Shown here: positions 27,891 through 40,767 of the stretch, piece after piece | Position numbering within the stretch: position 1 is the first letter of the stretch | How the letters are laid out: every line of letters starts with the position of its first letter | From: Batkoa obscura | Taxonomy: Eukaryota | Direction: 5' to 3' | Length of the DNA: 64,000 nt | Assembly (NCBI GenBank): GCA_030770535.1 | Contig: JASVEC010000026.1 | Span: 310,001-374,000, forward strand | Program-made: the position numbers and the translations under genes | Notes under the pieces: generated by a model | What the model was told of the DNA's origin: nothing | Database searches by the model: none | What the model saw: only the letters and a program-made list of their open reading frames with translations

Positions 27891-30800
27891 ATGGACACAG
27901 AAGCTTTTGCAGATTATATTGTTAAAGATGTATACCCGGAAATGTCCAAGGTTTCATTAGCCTTGGCTAGTGTGGTTGTATTGATGATGATTATATTAAG
28001 TAAAAAATATAATACATTGGCATAATAGCATATTGGTTAACTATTAATGATAGCAATATATGATAAACGGTTGGTTGATAGAGTAACCCTTAGGCTACAA
28101 ACCGCAATCTCATGTTATGATATCTGGTCACATGCTGCTCCATTATGGATTCGTCTGTTTGATTATAGAGGATCACCACTATGTACATTCATTGCTTTCC
28201 AAGGATTAGCATTCCCTTTACTTTATTGCTTCCTCAACGTTGCTATTGGAATCAATTTACAATTGGTTTTTATCCATGGCATTTATATAACTAGAAAGAT
28301 TGAAGCAGCATATTGGATTGGATCAATTTTACTCACATTAATAATTACTATTCCATCTCTTGGTATGTTATTAGTTTCATGTTATTGGCTTTATGGGGGT
28401 GTCCGAATTGGTTTCATTTTTTTATCCAATTTTTAAATATTTATATTTTAAAAACTTTGCTTAAAATTCTATAAAAATAAATTCTTTATTAAAAGCCAAA
28501 AGTACCCGACACAGTTTTAACTTATTTTGTTATAATTTATATTGTCAATTAGCGGAATTTTTATTAAATTTAATATAAATTCCTGGATTAGTAAAGATTT
28601 TACTAATATAGCCTGTATAGTGATATTAGTCAAAGTTGTAATATGTAAATAAATATATGCTTTTATATAGCTTTATTAAGAAATATTTATTATTAATTGT
28701 TTTATATTCAACACTACAGATTTGCTATCAAATGAATAAATTATTTTAATGTTATAATTACATTATTAATATATCGCTAAGTTAATAAATAGCTGCATGG
28801 GAGGGAGTGGTTAGCCCCAAAACTATAATTAACCATCCCTATGTAATACAAGCAGTGTATTAATAGTTTTTACTTATTATTACAACTACTTGCTCTTTGA
28901 CTATTTATTAACTTAGCTATCAATAATTTAAGTAATACCAACATTTAATAATTGATTTCTATCATCTAATAAGCTACTTACTTGCTTACTAAATATTGAA
29001 ACTTTTAAATTCTCAGTTATTTTTGTAAGATAAGCTGGGGTTGACCTTTTAATTTTTCTATCCTCTATAGACTCTATAACTTTAATTGAAATTATATCGC
29101 TTTTTTTTGATCTATCAGATACTGGATAACAGTATAGTTTTTTACCACGTTTAATAAAATGTAAATACTTTTTAATACCTTTTATTTTTATTATTTTTTT
29201 TGTATCTTTGTTTCTTTCATACTTTTTAAAAATTATATTTGTTTTCCCATTATTGACAGTTGAGTTATTAAATCTATTATTTTCACAAACAAAAATCTCA
29301 AATTTTGAAATTAATTGATCAATATCTTCTATTTTACCTAATGCTTCAAGACTATTTTTCCACTGTGAAAGATTTCCAAAATGCCCGTCAACTATACTTT
29401 TTCCATGATGCTCAGCAAAAAAATTAAGATGAATATTTAAACTACTATTTATTTTATAAATTTCTTCAAATACATAATGTAAAAACTCTTGAGATTTAAA
29501 ATGATATCCTGTATCTGCCCATATATTAATTTTTGTAAACTTTTTAAACAAAGGCTCTTTAGATATTAAATCAATCAAACAATCTCCTGCATATGCTGAA
29601 TCATGATTTAATATTTCAGATAAATAATCAAAATAAACTTTGCCTATTGTTTTATCGTTTTTTAAATACAAAACGCCAAACCCTAATACTGATATAGCTT
29701 GTTTGTTATAATGATCTAAGTTTATTGGATCTGGTCTCGTTCCTATTTCCATATTTTGTTTAAAGTCTAAAATTATTATACAACTTCTATTATTTAATTT
29801 TTCAATAGTTTCATTAAGTATGTTTTTTTGAGTATCAACACAAAATTCATGTAATTTATATAACCTTTTTTCTTTATTAAAAGATTCCTGTATCTCTGCT
29901 TTATTTTCTGTCGCTGTATTTATTTTATTTTCAAATAACTTTTTTCTAACTGTATACTGGGCACATATATTACATAAATCTGTTTTTCTTGCTGGATTTT
30001 TAAAATTATTTGGTATATATTTGAAAAATGTTGACCTAGCTACTGCTTTATCTTTTAAATCATTAAAATACTTACTGTATATCATCCTTCTACTTTTATT
30101 TAATATATATATATTCTCTGACGAATATTTATCATTATTTTTCTTACTAAATCTTGATGAAATAGTTGAATTATCAAGTAAATATTGTATAATAATCTCA
30201 ATTTGCTCATCTTTAATTTTTTTTGTATTTTTGATAATAAATTGTAATGTTGTTGTTTTATTATTACTAATTCTTTTTGAATAATCATATTGATTTCTAT
30301 TTATATTAAATCCAAAACTTTTACATTCATCAAAAGAATATACTGAAGCTATAGTCGATAATAATGCTACTTGTTGGTTTTTATTTCCTGTTTCCCTTAA
30401 AACACTAATTTTATACATTGCTTGATTAAGTTTGTTATTATTAATAGTAAAATTTAATAATATTTCTTTTCTTTTTTTTGTTTTATTATAAAATTCCATA
30501 AACTTTGGGCAATTGTGAATAGTTGCTAAAATTGATGTAAATGAATTACAATGTTTATATAATGTGCTTCTCCCTACCGTATTAAAGTTTTTAGAAATTC
30601 CATTTCGAAGTTTAGTTATAAAAGCTTGCATTTTGTTTTTATTTTAACAAAAAACAAAGTCAAATAACTATATAATTATATATTATATAGCTATTGAATA
30701 TTTAATAAAAAATACAAAACACTGTGAAATATCGTTTCATCATCTCTGTGATTGATTATCGCATAATAATCACTTAACTTGTTTACAAAACTAGTTGAGT

Positions 30801-32029
30801 ATAAAATAGATTCTTCAACATAATAGCTCAAGGCTTTTTAATTAAATTGTTCCCTAATATTTTACTTTTAATAAAGCCACTAAATCTTTCTGATAATATC
30901 TTATGTAGATTTTATAGTAATATCCTGTATTCTATTTATTTTACATAGCTCGTAGCTTATTGCGTATTACTCCTATTGATTTAAGTCTATCTTAGCTACA
31001 TAAACTAAGGCCTTTTGACTTACGGCCAGTTAACTAAGCTAGAGCTGCTTTCAACTCCAATTGCTGAGTACTAACTTTCACAAACATATAATCAAAAAAA
31101 TAAAATAAAATAAAATAAATAAAATAAGTCTTTAAGTTAAATTTTTATATTTAATTTTAAGCTTTTTAAATTTAGCTAATTATACATTAAAGACTTACAA
31201 ATTTAAAAACTTAAAATTTGGATTAATTTCTAGTTAAATTCTGAAACCAATTCGGACACCCCCTTATGTTATTATTTTTATGTTATTATAAATTTATTAA
31301 TGATTTTCTTTTAGCAAGTGGATTACTTGGATTTGGTAAGTTTATGAAATGTTACCTTGCAAGCAACGATGAAGATTATATTAAAATGATTGACTTTTAC
31401 GCTAACATCTTAATAATGATAATCTGTATGGTTTACTTATTAGGTGTTTCTATCGCAGTGATAGTAAAACTGAGTAAAGAAACAAAAACTGTCAGAGACT
31501 TTAGATTATTTCGTAGATCGGTAGCATCCATTGAGGCTGTTAGGAGCACAAAGATTATGGGATTTAGAATGTACTCATTTTCCTTATTATTTAAATCTAA
31601 ATTAACAACCTTTTAGCTTACTTTATCCAATACTTATGCTCATCTCACATTCTGGACTGATATTCAGTCAAGCAGCTTATGACCTTGCTGGCATTAACTC
31701 ACATGAACTCACTATATATTCTTACATTACAGGTGGTTTATTAGGAACTCTTAACTTTATTGCCTTTTGTTGTGATCCTACCATTCATTCTGCGTTTGGA
31801 AAAATTTATTTGAGGTATATCACTAGATCTGGATTTAGAGAAGAACCAATTAAAATAGGCAAATTAGTATAAATGCCATTTGCGTTTTTTAATTGTTTTA
31901 GAAGCCAATGAAGCAAACTTTGAGGCTCTTAATAGCAACTCAAATAGTATTGAAAATGCAAACAGCAATTCTTCTGCTATCGAAAATGATGCTATCATTG
32001 AGGTTGATGATATCGTTCGTTCCCTTTAA
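27891..32029 (+). CDS. 7TM GPCR-like protein, copy B; intron 2 contains a 2.9-kb DNA transposon
   Basis: MDTEAF start; inverted paralog of copy A. Intron 2 donor gtatgt (28363) and acceptor ttttag (31314) are intact. Last exon ends DDIVRSL* after a GC-AG intron. Confidence 0.7.
28928..30631 (-). CDS. DDD transposase, Sola2-like, 567 aa
   Basis: CxxC (LCNIC) followed by ILDFKQN, WADTGYHFKS and FFAEHHGKSIVDGHFG. These parallel the Sola2 DFxEN / SDG..QFK / HGKxxxDG motifs. Confidence 0.8.
   Translation of the reverse strand: MQAFITKLRNGISKNFNTVGRSTLYKHCNSFTSILATIHNCPKFMEFYNKTKKRKEILLNFTINNNKLNQAMYKISVLRETGNKNQQVALLSTIASVYSFDECKSFGFNINRNQYDYSKRISNNKTTTLQFIIKNTKKIKDEQIEIIIQYLLDNSTISSRFSKKNNDKYSSENIYILNKSRRMIYSKYFNDLKDKAVARSTFFKYIPNNFKNPARKTDLCNICAQYTVRKKLFENKINTATENKAEIQESFNKEKRLYKLHEFCVDTQKNILNETIEKLNNRSCIIILDFKQNMEIGTRPDPINLDHYNKQAISVLGFGVLYLKNDKTIGKVYFDYLSEILNHDSAYAGDCLIDLISKEPLFKKFTKINIWADTGYHFKSQEFLHYVFEEIYKINSSLNIHLNFFAEHHGKSIVDGHFGNLSQWKNSLEALGKIEDIDQLISKFEIFVCENNRFNNSTVNNGKTNIIFKKYERNKDTKKIIKIKGIKKYLHFIKRGKKLYCYPVSDRSKKSDIISIKVIESIEDRKIKRSTPAYLTKITENLKVSIFSKQVSSLLDDRNQLLNVGIT
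30723..31082 (+). mobile_element. Solo LTR (Gypsy family) inside Sola copy 1
   Basis: TGTGAAA...TTTCACA ends, gagtataaaa TATA, aataaa; homologous to the LTRs at 44-55 kb; flanks aacac/aacat. Confidence 0.88.
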
Positions 32030-32685
32030 TTTTATGACTTTATACTTTGGAAGACTTTTAAATACTACTTTGATTTAAATTTACTGGCTATTTCTAGAAC
32101 TTGGATTTCATAAAAAATTATAAACTAAATAAAAAATAATTAAATTAAACAATATTGTAAATACTCCATAATTTATTATCTCATATATATAATTTACTCC
32201 ATTAAAAATACTATATAATACAAATGTTATCAATACCAACTATTGAATGTGATTAATACAGCATTTGGGATTTTTAATCGCTAATCTAAGCAATAAATTT
32301 TAAGAAAACTATTACTATTTTATTTGTTATCAATTCTTTTTGAAGCGTAAATTTAATCCATATAAATACAGTTAAGTAAAATACATCTATACAACTATCA
32401 TAGTAATTTAGCTTTTTGTTTTTTCATAACTTATAGATAAGTACTAATGCTTTTATTTATCAAAGTTACTATAAATTTATACGATTTAGGAAATTACTAA
32501 AACCACATATTTTTACTAAATTCACTAAAAATTCGAACCAGCCAATCAAGTGGCTAGATTTGATTGTTTATAGTTAGGGACAAAAGTGATTCAATAATGT
32601 ACTATTTTCAATTTTTAAATGAAAACATATAATAAATTAAGTATATTATTTCAAAAAAATCTGAAAATAATTTATTATAAAATTA

Positions 32686-32830
32686 AGGCTATTTAAATTG
32701 GTTTCAGAATTTATTTAAAAATTAATCCAAATTTTAAGTTTTTAAATTTATAAGTCCTTAATATGTGATTAACTAAATTTAAAAAGCTTAAAACTAGATA
32801 TTTTATTTAATTTAAAAAATTTATTTTATT
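32686..32830 (+). mobile_element. Degenerate Sola terminal fragment, opposite orientation to copy 1
   Basis: aattggtttcagaattt..aattaatccaaattttaagtttttaaattt is the reverse complement of ~31110-31255. Confidence 0.8.
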
Positions 32831-32861
32831 TTTTTAAAATAATTAATTTTCTTAACTATAT

Positions 32862-32960
32862 GGGGGTGTTTTTTTTGGTTTCAGTACTTTTTCCATTTTT
32901 TAAGCGCTATTTAAGTAGAAAAACTACTAGTAAAATCCTTAAACGAAAGAATACATCTCT
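32862..32960 (+). mobile_element. MITE copy 6
   Basis: gggggtgttttttttggtttcag...atacatctct, flanked by atat/atat. Confidence 0.88.
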
Positions 32961-33123
32961 ATATGTTTTATATTATTTTTATTAAATGTTTAATAAATAT
33001 ATGAAATATAAATATATATTTATTTGACTTTACTTTTTATCAAAATAAGAACAAACTGTAAGCCTTTAATAAAATTTTGAAATAAAATTTTTAAAAATTT
33101 TAATATAATAAAGAAAAGCATAT

Positions 33124-33218
33124 GGGGATGTATTTTTTTGTTTAAGAATTTTACTAACAACCTTTCCGCTCAAATAGCGCTTAAAAAATGGAAAAGTGAA
33201 ATATAAAAAAACACCCCC
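33124..33218 (-). mobile_element. MITE copy 7 (inverted relative to copy 6)
   Basis: Consensus match. Confidence 0.88.
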
Positions 33219-33963
33219 AAATGCTAAATTAAAACAATTGAATTACATGTTAAAACGGAGTAAATTACATTCAAGTTTTTAATATTTTTCGAAGCTGTTT
33301 ATACTTAACTACTTCGTATCAAAACAAAAACAAATTGGCCATAATTAAATAACGTTTTCATTTCGACTCGATCCCTCAATTTAATTTACAGTCCGACTCT
33401 ACGACATAATTCAATAAAAGCCATATCCGACGACAACAGATAAAGTAGTATAGTATATAATAGTCAAGTGAATTCGAATAAGGATTTTGCTTATTCTAAT
33501 CCAAAGAGAGGAAAGATTAAAACATTAGAATGTGAAAAATATAAAACAAAAATTATAACTCATTTTTCAATAATCTAATTAAAGAAAAAACATCATACAG
33601 TGGAAGTGGATTCAAATAAAAACACTACTTTTGTTTCTGGAATAAGAAGTAAAGATGGGACAAATTCTATGGTTTGTACGATAAATGCTACATTGATAAT
33701 AAGGTAATGTGTTTTGGGTAATAAAAAATTACTCTCTAATTCTTTTTCAAATAATAAAATAAAATAAGTGCCATTTGTTTGAAATGTTTTGAAGATTATG
33801 ATGACAAAGCAATTGATTATAGTTCTGAAGGTGAATAAAATATGCAATCTATTTATGAAACTTAAAATGGTTGCTTTTTTAATAAACTTTCTTAATTAAT
33901 TTTTTAAATTTTATTTTTAATATATTATAAGCAAAATTTTAGGGTTAGAATCTTTTAAAAAAC

Positions 33964-35739
33964 CTACATCATACCACCCATGCCACCCATACCACCCATA
34001 CCGCCCATGCCACCAGCAGGAGCACCTGGAGCACCAGCTTTTTCTGGGGCATCAACAATCATACATTCAGAAGTAGTAAGGAGGGAAGCGACACCAGAAG
34101 CATCAACTAAGGAAGTACGTACAACTTTAACAGGATCTAAAATACCTTGAGCAATCATATCGACATATTCACCTTTAGAAGCATCGAAACCATTATTAAG
34201 ACTGGCATTGCTTTCTTCTAAAAGTTTACCAACAACAACAGAGCCTTCAAAACCAGCATTATTGCAAATGGTACGACATGGTTTTTGAGCGGCTTGTTTA
34301 ATAATATTAACACCAAGCTTTTGATCAAAGTTATCAGTCTTAACATTATCTAAAATCTTTGAAGCTTTAAGAAGAGCTACACCACCACCTGGTACAATAC
34401 CCTCTTCAACAGCGGCTCTAGTAGCATTGAGGGCATCAACAATACGATCTTTCTTTTCACCAACTTCAACTTCAGAAGCACCACCAACACGGATGACAGC
34501 TACACCACCAGAAAGTTTAGCAAGACGTTCTTGAAGCTTTTCTTTTTCGTATTCAGATACAGTAGCATCGGCAACAGCAGCTCTAATTTGTTCACATCTT
34601 TCAGCGATAGCATCTTTAGCACCAGAACCATTTAAGACAACAGTATCTTCTTTAGTAACGGTGATAGATCCACAAGTACCGAACATATCTGGGGTAGCTT
34701 TTTCAAGTTTAATATCAAGTTCTTCAGAGAAAACAGTGCTACCAGTAAGGATAGCAATATCACCTAAAATGGATTTACGGTTATCACCAAATCCTGGGGC
34801 TTTAACAGCAGCTACTTGAATTTGACCTCTTAATTTATTGAGGATACAAGCAGCTAAAGCTTCACCATCGACATCTTCAGCGATAACTAAAAGTGGACGA
34901 CGTTGAGTAGCAGAAGCTTCAAGGGCAGGGAGGATATCTTGAACAGCTGAGATCTTCTTTTCAGATAATAAAATCAATGGATTTTCAAATTCCACTTTTT
35001 GAGCCTTAATATCGGTAATGAAATAAGGGGAAATAAAACCACGATCAAATCTCATACCTTCAGTAACTTCTAAAGTATCTTCTAAAGTCTTTCCTTCTTT
35101 AACAGTGATAACACCTTCCTTTCCTACTTTTTCCATGGCATTAGCAATAAGTTGACCGACTGCTTTATCACCATTAGCTGAAATAGTAGCTACTTGAGCG
35201 ATTTCTTCACTAGTAGTAATAGCACGAGAGTTTTCTTTTAAAAATTTAACTAACTCATCAACAGCAAGTTGTACACCACGACGTAAATCCATTGGGTTAC
35301 AACCAGCAGCTACATTTTTAACACCTTCAGTAAAAATGGCTTGAGCTAAAACAGTGGCGGTGGTGGTACCATCACCAGCGTTTTCATTAGCACGATTAGC
35401 TACGTCTTGTACTAATCTTTATATATTTATAAATAAGGGTATTAAAAAACAAAAAGTAAGAACTTACCTGGCACCAAGGTTTTCAAATTTATCTTCTAAA
35501 GTGATTGATTTAGCAACAGTTACACCATCTTTAGTAATCTTTGGGGAACCGTAGGATTGTTCAATAAGTACATTACGTCCACGTGGACCTAAAGTAACAG
35601 CTACAGCTTTAGCTAACATATCTACTCCTTTTAATAATTTAGCTCTTCCATCAACTCCAAAGGCTAATTCTTTATGACTGGAATAGTTACGTACTAATGT
35701 ACGTCCGACTTTATTTAATAATCTAGCGTTGTTGACCAT
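33964..35739 (-). CDS. HSP60: Mitochondrial chaperonin Hsp60 (one intron, ~35418-35467)
   Basis: Presequence MVNNARLL..., [31 protein letters not shown] and a GGM tail. Confidence 0.98.
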
Positions 35740-35789
35740 GTTATTGAAAAATTCAAACTGGAATTCTAGCGATTTGATCACAATTTAAA

Positions 35790-36045
35790 TATTTGAATGC
35801 TTCGAAAATGGAGTCGTGACAGTTTGTTTTATTGGTTCGATTTCTAACTATTCTTGAAAATTGAATTTGAATCGCTTTTGATGGGATTTTAATTTCCTAT
35901 TAGAATTTAAAGTTGATTGGTGGATTTATCCCTGATTTATTTGTAGTAATTTCTAGAATCATCCAAATTGATAAATTAAATTATAATATATCTTATATTA
36001 ATAACATAATAGTATTAAAATCTTCATATAATTTCTAGAATTAAC
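35790..36045. promoter_or_regulatory. Possible heat-shock elements and CCAAT boxes upstream of HSP60
   Basis: TTCnnGAA units at ~35851, 35951 and 36033; ATTGG at ~35831 and 35916. Short motifs in AT-rich DNA. Confidence 0.35.
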
Positions 36046-36604
36046 CATATGCTCTAATGAACTATTTTTAAATAGCATTCTTAGTATTAAAGCTAATAAT
36101 AATTTTAACAATTATATGAGGCTAATAAACTCAATTATATAAAAATATATGATTTTTAATATTCAATAGACTTTGAAAATTAAGCTAATCTTAAACTCAA
36201 GTATTTTAAACTTGAACAGATCCTTGACAACCAAAGTGGTCATTTTCAAGCATTAAGCTTTTATACTTATTGTAATAACAATATGAAAATAATGATAAGG
36301 TGAAGCGACCACCTGTATATGGTTTATTAATCTGATACTCTAATTTTTGGAATTCATACTATTGAAATCGATGTCACTCTAGCTAAATAAAACTTAACAA
36401 TAAAATATATAATGATTTATCTTAATTTCTTATATTTGTTTTTCGAGTAACATTTGGTTTTTTATAATTTTCAATATGTAAGATTCTTTCAAGTATAACA
36501 ACTAAAGTAGTGGCAAAAGTAGTTTTTTGCAAAATAAAGCATAGATTTATTTTTTAAAGCCAAAAATTAAATAAAGAATTCTAAATTTATTTTGTTATAA
36601 AAAA

Positions 36605-37216
36605 ATGTCGCAAGCTATTGGAAAAGTAATAACACTCAAATTAATTAATTAATTAGTCAATTAAACTAAAAATTATAGACAGCATTATCATACGCCCGAG
36701 TATGGCATTTGGTTGATGCCAAAGATCGTGTTTTAGGACGTATGGCTACTGGTATTGCAACCACTTTAATGGGCAAACATAAACCAATTTATGATCCAGC
36801 TGGTAAAAAAGATAATATTATAATGAAAAACTAGGAATAACAATGTTTAATTTAGCTGATTGTGGAGATTATGTAGTTGTTATCAATGCTAAAAGTGTAA
36901 AAGTAACTGGACGTAAAGCCGAACAAAAAGTGTATAGATCCCATTCGGGTTTCCCAGGTGGTTTAAAAGAAATACCTTACAAAAGAATGTTAGAAAGAAA
37001 ACCTGATGAGGTAACCTATTTATTTTTGAAAATATAGTTGATTTAAACTGATTATTTTAGATTATACGTAAAGCTGTATTGGGTATGTTACCAAAAAATA
37101 GATTAAGAGATTATAGAATTGGAAGACTTTTAATATTCCCAGATGAAGATCATCCATATAAAGATAATATTATCAAGAGATATGATGAAGTTGAGACTAT
37201 AGAAAAAAAAGAATAA
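36605..37216 (+). CDS. MRPL23: Mitochondrial ribosomal protein uL13m (4 exons)
   Basis: [47 protein letters not shown] and GMLPKNRLR. Confidence 0.92.
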
Positions 37217-37314
37217 GCTTAATAAATTAGATAACCATTATAATCGGTGTTTGAATTTTTATAATAGACTCCATAACATTAAAGAGCGAGATGAAATTTT
37301 AATGATCTTTATAT

Positions 37315-37410
37315 GGGGGTGTTTTTTTTGGTTTCATTATTTTTTCCATTTTTTAAGCGTTATTTGAGCGGAAAGATTGTTAGTAAAATTGTTAAAAAAA
37401 ATACAGCCCC
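37315..37410 (+). mobile_element. MITE copy 8
   Basis: Consensus match flanked by atat/atat. Confidence 0.9.
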
Positions 37411-38126
37411 ATATATTGATTAAATTCTAAATCATAGACAAATAGATTTCTGATAGTAAAAAGTATTTAGCTTCAAATAAATAATTAAATAAATGATAAT
37501 TGATAAACAAAAAGTATAAATGTGTTATAGAATATTTAAATACAGAGCTTATCATGAGGATGTTAATAAACTATCGCTCTAAAAATCTACTCATATTCAA
37601 TGAAACTAAAGGATATATCAAGTAATTAGAAATTATACTCTAACTATTTTGTTTAATAAATGTACTTCAAATATCTCCCTTTATATGCCATTTCTAAATT
37701 CATTATTTTTAAATAAATAGAATACGAAAAAGTCGAATTCTAAACGGTACTTATATAGTGGTTGGATATTTCACAGATTATTATATATTATAGTAACACA
37801 GTTGTATTTATATTATTTTTACTATGGATGATTAGCCTTTTTGATGGCTCTAAATTAAGCATCCTTGATAGTTTTAATATTCACTAATTTGAGTTACTAT
37901 CATTTGCTTTTTCTCTCTTTTTATATTAAAAGATATAGTTCAGTTTAGTTTTAGCATTTCCATCATCTTGCCATCTACTACTTTCGTAAAGTTTGGTTGG
38001 CACTATATTTTTGCTTAATCAGGATCTATAGAAATATTCAAACTTAAGCATTTTAAGCCAATGAAAATTAGTCAATCTTAGAATATTAGTGAAAGCTTTT
38101 GAAATTATTTTTTAGTTTTTTTACCA

Positions 38127-40767
38127 ATGACAAGTATATCAAATTCTCGTCAAGGGGATGAATTGAATGGTAATGGAAGTGATTCTTCTAGAAACCAAAG
38201 TATTGGTACTGCAGCTCCTTCGAATGTCGAGAGAAAAAATGCAGATGTAATGCCACGTCGTTCAGCAGGTGCTTATATACCTCCAGCAAGGCTTAGAATA
38301 ATGCAACAGCAACAGTTGAAATCTGAAGCTCCAGACTCTGAGGTTGTTCAACGTATTAGTTGGGAGGCTTTGAAAAAAAGTATTAACGGTTTAATAAATA
38401 AGGTAGCTAAAATATGAATTCAAATTATTTGATTTTTACATTAATTAGGTAAACAGTGCAAATATAAGAGCAATTATTCCTGAGTTGTTCAGTGAAGATT
38501 TGATCAGAGGAAAAGGTTTATTTTGCAAATCATTAATGAAGGCACAATCCTTTTCGATACCATTTACTCCGGTATACGCTGCAGTTGTATCAGTAGTAAA
38601 TTCTAGGATGCCTATGGTGGGTGAATTATTGATCAAGAGAATCATTTATCAATTTAGAAGAGCTTATAACAGAAATGATAGGGCCCCTTGTTTATCACTA
38701 TTAACCCTCTTAGCTCACCTCACTAATCAAGGTGTGGTAACTGAGATTTTATGTTCACAAATTATTATTTTATTGCTAGAACGTCCAACCTCTGACTCGG
38801 TTGAACTGGCTGTTGGATTATTAAGGGAATGTGGTCAATACCTCACTGAAACTAATCCTAAAATTGTAAACTTATGTTTTGATCGTTTCCGTAGTATCTT
38901 GCATCAAGGTGAGGTTGATAAGCGAGTACAGTATATGATCGAGGTTCTCTTCCAAGTACGAAAGGATAAATTTAAAGACAATCCAGCCGTACCAGAGGAT
39001 TTGGATTTAGTTGAAGAAGATAACAAAATTTCTCACATGATTTCATTAGATGAAGAAGACATCGATCCAGAAGAATTATTAAATGTTTTTACTTTTGATC
39101 CAGATTATTTAGAACATCAAGAAGCTTTTCATAACGCAAAAGCGGAAATTCTCGGATCAGATAATGAAGAAGAAAGTGGATCTGGTAGCGAAGAAGAAAG
39201 TGAAAGTGAAGAGCAAGAAGTAGTACAGAAGGGGGTGGATATCATAGACAAAACTGGTACAAATTTAGTTAATCTTAGAAGAACAATATATCTCACGGTG
39301 ATGTCAAGTTTGGATTATGAAGAATGTGCACATAAGCTTTTGAAGATGAACATCGCTCCCGAGGATGAAGTCGAATTATGTTCAATGATCGTAGAATGTT
39401 GTTCTCAAGAAAGGACATACACTAAATTTTTTGGCAATCTAGGAGAAAGATTTTGTAAAATAAATCGCAAATGGGCTGAGCATTTTGAACATGTATTTCA
39501 AGACATTTATGAAACCATTCATCGCTATGAAACTAATAAGCTTAGATCTATAGCTAAATTCTTTTCTCATTTATTTTCTAACGATGGTATTCCTATGCCA
39601 GCATTAGGTATTATATCCTTAACTGAAGACACTACTACTGCTTCCTCCCGTATTTTTGTGAAAATTTTATTTCAAGAATTGGTAGGATCATTTGGCCTTT
39701 CTACTTTAAATAAGAAACTGAAGGATCCTGCTTTGTTCCCTGCAATCCAAGAGGGGCTATTCCCCATGGATAATCCTAAAAACACAAGATTTGCTATCAA
39801 TTATTACACTTCTATTGGTCTAGGTGAACTTACCGAAGAACTCCGCGATCATTTACAAAAAGTGATAGCTGATGCTGCCGCTGCACGGGCCCTTAAGCAA
39901 GCAGATAGTAGTGATAGCAGTGACTCAGAATCTGATTCTGATTCAAGCTCTGATTCAGACTCTGATTCAAGCTCAGCAAGCTCAATTCCAAGTAACCGAA
40001 AACAGATTAGAAGAGATCAGTCAGTTACTCCTCCAAGAAATAGATACCCATCCAGAGATATACAAAGAAGAGATTCGTTCAATGGACGTTCGCCACGCAG
40101 AAACTTCAACAGAAGATCACCAATTAGAGCAATGAATCGTGGGGTGGGAAGATATAATCCAAGCCGAAGCCCTAGTCCACGTGACAGAAGAAGTTTGAGA
40201 CGTCCAGTATCGCCTATCAGAAGATCTATCTCAAGATCAGTATCTCGCTCAAAAAGCCCAATCAAGCGTAGACAAAGGCGTTCAGTATCAAGATCCATCT
40301 CACCAAGAAACAAGTCATTAAGTAAACAAGAAAAATCCCGTTCTCCAGTTAGAAGAGAACCACGTGGTAGACCTGTTTCTAGATCACCTGATTTGAGGGC
40401 TAGACGTGATGAAAGAGAAGTATCCCGATCTCCTATTCGAAGAAACAATTATAGAGGCAGACAAGTATCAAGATCACCTTCAGTTGATGAAACTAGAGGA
40501 AGAGTTAATGAAACGAGTATTTCTCCAAGAAATAGCAATAGAAAGAATTCGCCTCCACTATCTCCTCCAAGATACAGGGCTAGAGGTAGATCTGTTTCTC
40601 GTTCGATTTCACCTCCTGTAAGAAGACAAAGGTCTCCTGCATATAGAGGAGGTAGAAATGGGTATCGTCCAAGTCCAGAAAGAAGAGATAGCAGACAAGG
40701 ACGTAGTCCATCTAGATCATCACCTAAAAGACCATATCGTAGTCCTCCTCGCAGAAGAAACTATTAA
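38127..40767 (+). CDS. CWC22: Pre-mRNA splicing factor Cwc22 (MIF4G + MA3 + RS tail); intron ~38403-38448
   Basis: [48 protein letters not shown] and [15 protein letters not shown]. Confidence 0.97.

Larger units (their letters stand above)
28395..31263 (-). mobile_element. Full-length Sola2-like DNA transposon
   Basis: Perfect 22-bp TIR GGGGGTGTCCGAATTGGTTTCA at both ends, TTAT target duplication on both sides, and an intact transposase ORF. Confidence 0.88.

Noticed and set aside
33350..33850. Coding-like stretch downstream of HSP60
   Set aside because: No sustained ORF or recognisable motif.
40017..40448. 143-aa antisense ORF in CWC22, and similar shadow ORFs in URA2, HSP60 and pol
   Set aside because: By-products of the RS-repeat or codon bias of the sense gene.
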